Origin: a virus
Lineage: Duplodnaviria; Heunggongvirae; Uroviricota; Caudoviricetes
Virus record (IMG/VR): IMGVR_UViG_2861069343_000003
Location: 1-19,381 of that record
Reading direction: 5' to 3' (one strand)
DNA: 19,381 nt
Within the stretch, counting starts at the first letter, position 1, and each line of letters opens with the position of its first letter. The notes beneath the pieces were generated by a model. That model was not told the DNA's origin. It did no database searches and saw nothing but the letters and a program-made list of their open reading frames with translations. This document shows positions 15,443 to 19,381 of this stretch, in pieces. The translations under genes were made by a program, and so were the position numbers.

Positions 15443-18055
15443 CTAATCACCCTGTGATGTAAAATAAAACCAATGGTATTCTAGAGCTTGCATAGACAAC
15501 CCAACCTTGTCCCTCAATAGGACACCATTCAGCTCCTGATAGTACCTATCGCGCACCATATCACTTACGTGAATCCTTAAAGTCGCTGGGTCAATAGATA
15601 TTAGATAGTTATCAAAGAGACGATGTATATCAGTACGCAATAACAAGCCATTTTTTATATGATTATCCTTATCTCCTCTGTAAGGATAAATATGAGCTGC
15701 ATCAAGTACTGCTATTGTTTTGCACCCAGTAAAGGCACATTGCCCCCAAACGTTTATCAGTTTATTTCTGAAGTCGCTTTGACCTATACGTATCGTGACG
15801 TTTCTATTTATAACCTTTCGTTCATCAGAGTTATTTATTTTAAAACTCCCTGCTGTTGAAAAATCAAATTTTTCAGTCGCACTAAATATTTTTTTAGATT
15901 GTTTTTTTACTTTTGCAAGCTGTAAATCTGACTTTATTTGTAAGGGTTTTGAGTTTTCTTCATCAAACGATGGAAGTTGAAGTTCTTTAATCATGCTGGT
16001 AGATAGAAAATTTTTGTAACTCATTAACTTAAAATCTAATCCTCGCTCATAACGAATTTTAGAGAGCACTATTGCAGCTTCTTCAATGTATTTAAAACTA
16101 CTTTTCCTTTTATCCCATAATTGAGATAAACAATCTGCATTTAACCTATCATATCTTGATAAAATCTCACCCAAACTGCTGGCTTTAGCGGCGCTATCAT
16201 AGTTTATATACTGTTTTTCTTGGGAATCTTCAATGGAATCCAGAATAAAATTTATATTTACATGATTATCTGCATCTGCATCTGCAGATGCAGATGAATC
16301 ATTAAAATTATCGTAGTCAAGAGAATTTTGATCACTCCAAATAGGTAGCGATAGATAGCAAATATTATCAATGCTGTCGTCCACCAACATTAATTTTTGG
16401 TGGAGTAAAAATAATATAACTGAAGCTTCAAGGTAATTCATTTCTTGTGACAAGAATTTTTCTTTAAGCATATCAAAGTCATATTGTACGTATTCATTTT
16501 TTTTCTTTGATATTACGGAGAGTTGCTCTTCACTTAAGACCACTGGCCTGTCTTCTGATATATTACGAAGTAAGTATGAAATCAATTTTTTTTGATTTTT
16601 TTTAGAATCTTCAGACCTAGGAGGTTCGAGAAACACACCTTCAAGTCTATCCAATGCTTTAAGGCAACTTCCCGCAAGCCTAGTCATCGCATCTTTTCTT
16701 GTTTGAATTAGAGGATCTGCATAGATAACAAAATTATCCCCATTACGAATATGAGCTATTTCAAGCTGATATACATCTAGATTTTTTATAAGTTTAAATA
16801 CAAATCCGTATTTTTGCATTCTATGCAAAGTCAGTGTCGGTATAATATCTTTATTAGATTCTTCATCCAAATTATAGTTTTTTATTCTTTTGTACAACCA
16901 ATTTGTTGCAGAGGAAGAGCAAATTAACTCATTATATTGAATTTTACTATTTTTAGTTATCAGATTTAGAAGAGACATTCCAAACAATGCCTGAATACAA
17001 TCTACATAATAAGATATAGTTGTATAATCTGGATGTCCTTTATAGGGGAGAGAATCTATTGAAATAAAACCTGAGTTATAGAATCTCATAAAGTTTTTTT
17101 CAGATAACACCATGATCCCTAACGTAGTTCTGTCAATAACATTCTGTCCATTTTTTATTATCTCAAGTAGGCTTACTGAAGCTAGTAAGGAAATATAATG
17201 CGAACCTAAAGTAGCGAGATCTCTGTGCGAACTTATAGATCTATTTTTACCCTTTATTCTAGGGGGTATAAAAGCCTGGATTGAATTAAAGTTATTTGAA
17301 AAACCAAAAGCCATGTTCAATTCATTGTTGATGTAACACTCTTTAACATTCGGTTTCTGTACGCCACCCCATGCTGAAATAATACTATTAGATTTTAATA
17401 TTTGTTTTTTATTGTTTTTCAAATTCAAATGATTGCAAACTAAACTGGCAACATTATTCTCTGCTTTTTTTTTACTCTCACCACTTCCGATAAATATCTG
17501 TCCATTAGGAAGTGCTATTTCAGACTCATATATTGGTGCATGCTCGGTCCCACCAGCCAAGGTGGTTTTGTATGTAGGGATTATGTGTTGATGTCTTTGG
17601 AAATATTCATGTAAAAGAGTTTTTGGGGGTTTGCCAACAAATGACTCCGTAATAGAAAGGCTTTCAACAAAAAATTTGAGATGTAATATGATATCACAAT
17701 TAGATATCGCCCCTAGGTAAAATTGAAATATTTGAATTATCATAGAAGATGAGTTGATTTCTTCTTGTTTTACTCCAGGACCAAATTCTGTTTGTTGGTA
17801 GACTTTTGTTAAGGGAAAATTTGTAACAACAAGCTCTCTTAGTTTTTTCTTCAGGCTGCTAGTCATAATGCTTAAATTGTTACCATCCGCACCTTCTATA
17901 CTCAGAGACCGACAAGCGCAGATTAAATCCTCAAGCGACTTACCAACTGATACAGTTGCGTTAAACAATTCAGTATTGCAATTAAAAGATGAACGATGAC
18001 TTATCTGAATATAATTTTCGTTGATATGATTTATGAATAACTTATTCATTTTCAC
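15443..18055 (-). CDS. 870-aa multidomain protein: N-terminal catalytically degenerate RNase III-like domain plus dsRBD, central region with a possible second RNase III-like repeat, C-terminal HNH nuclease domain; candidate defence effector
   Basis: By-eye alignment to E. coli RNase III across residues 15-210: ISHRSS / LTHRSA, FGPGVKQ / [22 protein letters not shown] / [37 protein letters not shown] / [29 protein letters not shown] / [23 protein letters not shown] / GTGSSRRKAEQAAA. The ERLEFLGD box is replaced by TELFNATV and the D/E of ADTVEA by Q/Q. C-terminus (residues 750-845): [11 protein letters not shown]...GQCAFTGC...LDAAHIYP...[15 protein letters not shown], an HNH-type motif. Strongly AT-rich. 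The track start at 18055 is a GTG; ATG at 18049 is the alternative. Confidence 0.85.
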   Translation of the reverse strand: [870 protein letters not shown]

Positions 18056-18081
18056 CTCGTGTATTATTCGATAAAGATCAC

Positions 18082-18110
18082 ATTGTACGTGATATCAACT
18101 ACTTGCTCAA
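18082..18110 (-). promoter_or_regulatory. Putative sigma70 promoter for the 870-aa gene
   Basis: On the minus strand: -35 TTGAGC (plus-strand 18105-18110), a 17-nt spacer, and -10 TACAAT (plus-strand 18082-18087). This is in the 102-bp gap between the integrase stop and the cargo gene start. Confidence 0.4.
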
Positions 18111-18157
18111 AGCAGATCGTCATATCCTATTGCGTTCTAGCTACGTAAACTATCCTA

Positions 18158-19381
18158 TCAGTTAGAGTCTGAGTTAGTACAAGTAACAATCGATTCAACT
18201 CTCTCCCACCATGCCTGGTAGGCTTTACGCTGTTCTTCTAGATAATCGCTCTTGTCATAAACTTGCCATACCCCTGGCAGTTTATGACCTAGCATTATTT
18301 CTGCAATATGAGGCGCAGTAAGATCAGAAAAGTTTGTTCGTGCTGTTCGTCTCAAATCATGAAGAGACCAATGAGGAAATTGATACCCCAAACGCCGCCA
18401 TGCGTACTGCATTAAATTGTAAGGCAGCGACTGCAATGATGTCCGACCAACTGGTTCCCTGCTTCCTTCCTTAGTAAAAAGCATATCGGAACCGTTGTTC
18501 ATAGAGATAACGTATTTTATAATCTCTTCAACCGGTTCAATAATGGGCCGCTTTAGCGGTTCGCCTGTTATATCCCCTGTCTTATGTCGTTCTGGTGGTA
18601 CAGTCCATATCTTATTAATGAAATCAAAATCGTCCACCTTGGCAGTAATTAGCTCTGAACTACGGCAACCAAAATGAAGCAATAGTTTAATGAAGGCCCG
18701 GTATTTAGGAACCATTCGAGAACCATCGATCGCAGCATAAAGGATTTTAATTTCATCATGTGTCAGAAACCGTTTCTTCTGACCTTTACGGATATCCATA
18801 TCTTTACCCGTGATATCCGACAGCGGGCGAGTTTCAATGAGCTTTCTCTTATACGCCCAGACATGGGCCTGCTTTGCGTTAATTAGCAATCGGTCTGCTA
18901 TTGCTGGAGTCTTAGTGCTAAGAGGCTCCAGGACTTCTAACCAATCATGCAATGTAGCTGCATCGTTAGGGATATTCCCGATTTTAGAGAACAGGTGCAG
19001 CTCAAACGAGCGGAGTATCTGTTCAGAACCTTTTTTATTTTTTACACAATATGCTTCATACCAGGCACGGATCACAGACTCTACCGTCATGGCTTCAGTA
19101 GCTTTTCGTTTTTCAGCCTGCTTGACCAATCGTGGATTACGGTTTGACTCGAGTTCACCACGGAGACGGATAACTTCTTCTCTGGCCTCTTTTAATCCAG
19201 TTGCCGGGTAAGTTCCGATATCAAGACGCTCACCTTTCCCTGCCCATTGATAACGATATTGGAACACTACGCGACCTTTCGGTGATACTCTGACAGACAA
19301 ACCATCACGATCGGATTTAACCAAAACCTTATCACGTTCCTTTCCAACGACTGAACGCAACCACGCATCAGACAGCGCCAT
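18158..19381 (-). CDS. int: Tyrosine integrase (P4-type phage integrase family), 407 aa
   Basis: N-terminal DUF4102-like arm (LSVRVSPKGRVVFQYRYQWAGKGERLDIGTYP) and catalytic-domain boxes: HFGCRSSEL (Arg box), HDLRRTARTNF (H-x-x-R), MLGHK, and a candidate catalytic Tyr in VYDKSDYLEEQ. The start codon is the last three bases of the window. Confidence 0.9.
   Translation of the reverse strand: MALSDAWLRSVVGKERDKVLVKSDRDGLSVRVSPKGRVVFQYRYQWAGKGERLDIGTYPATGLKEAREEVIRLRGELESNRNPRLVKQAEKRKATEAMTVESVIRAWYEAYCVKNKKGSEQILRSFELHLFSKIGNIPNDAATLHDWLEVLEPLSTKTPAIADRLLINAKQAHVWAYKRKLIETRPLSDITGKDMDIRKGQKKRFLTHDEIKILYAAIDGSRMVPKYRAFIKLLLHFGCRSSELITAKVDDFDFINKIWTVPPERHKTGDITGEPLKRPIIEPVEEIIKYVISMNNGSDMLFTKEGSREPVGRTSLQSLPYNLMQYAWRRLGYQFPHWSLHDLRRTARTNFSDLTAPHIAEIMLGHKLPGVWQVYDKSDYLEEQRKAYQAWWERVESIVTCTNSDSN

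Larger units (their letters stand above)
1..19381. mobile_element. Mosaic, apparently defective lambdoid prophage region: lambda-type tail-tip/fibre module joined to a CPS-53/KplE1-like block, integrase at right edge, two AT-rich cargo cassettes
   Basis: Lambda-like L', K, I, J, lom and stf on the minus strand; L lacks its N-terminus and no tail tube, tape-measure or head genes are present. The yfdP-yfdT-like genes and an AlpA-like gene are on the plus strand, with a tyrosine integrase at 18158-19381. Composition is visibly AT-rich at 1-1960 and 15420-18160. Confidence 0.7.

Noticed and set aside
16273-16296. 24-bp perfect palindrome CATCTGCATCTGCAGATGCAGATG inside the 870-aa gene
   Set aside because: It encodes the acidic linker SASADADA. 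Ser-Ala codons (TCT GCA) followed by Asp-Ala codons (GAT GCA) are self-complementary, so the palindrome is most simply a by-product of a low-complexity linker. A regulatory or recombination role cannot be excluded but has no supporting context.
1-19381. CRISPR arrays, tRNA or rRNA genes, insertion-sequence transposases
   Set aside because: No regularly spaced direct repeats, no cloverleaf-like tRNA segments next to the integrase within the window, and no DDE-transposase-like ORFs were seen. The attachment site would lie beyond the right edge.

Overview
This window reads as a mosaic, probably defective lambdoid prophage region from an E. coli-like genome (about 50% GC by eye). It has a lambda-type tail-tip and fibre module on the minus strand (5'-truncated L, then K, I, J, lom, stf), joined near 12.1 kb to a CPS-53/KplE1-like block on the plus strand (yfdP, yfdQ, yfdR, yfdS, yfdT, AlpA/Xis-like HTH), with a P4-type tyrosine integrase at the right edge. 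Two visibly AT-rich cargo cassettes sit at the two ends. (1) At 15443-18055 (minus), between the integrase and the AlpA-like gene, an 870-aa protein whose N-terminus aligns by eye along the full length of bacterial RNase III (catalytic domain plus dsRBD) but with the catalytic acidic residues replaced, and whose C-terminus is an HNH nuclease. This is the candidate I consider most likely to be an undescribed system. (2) At 1-1900 (plus), downstream of stf in the lambda b-region position, a small multi-pass membrane protein translationally coupled to a 458-aa reverse transcriptase (retron/Abi/DRT-like). No rRNA, tRNA or CRISPR array was seen. All homology statements are by-eye recognition from the translations; no database search was run. 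Gene symbols for the yfd block rest on remembered K-12 CPS-53 gene order and protein lengths, not on a search.
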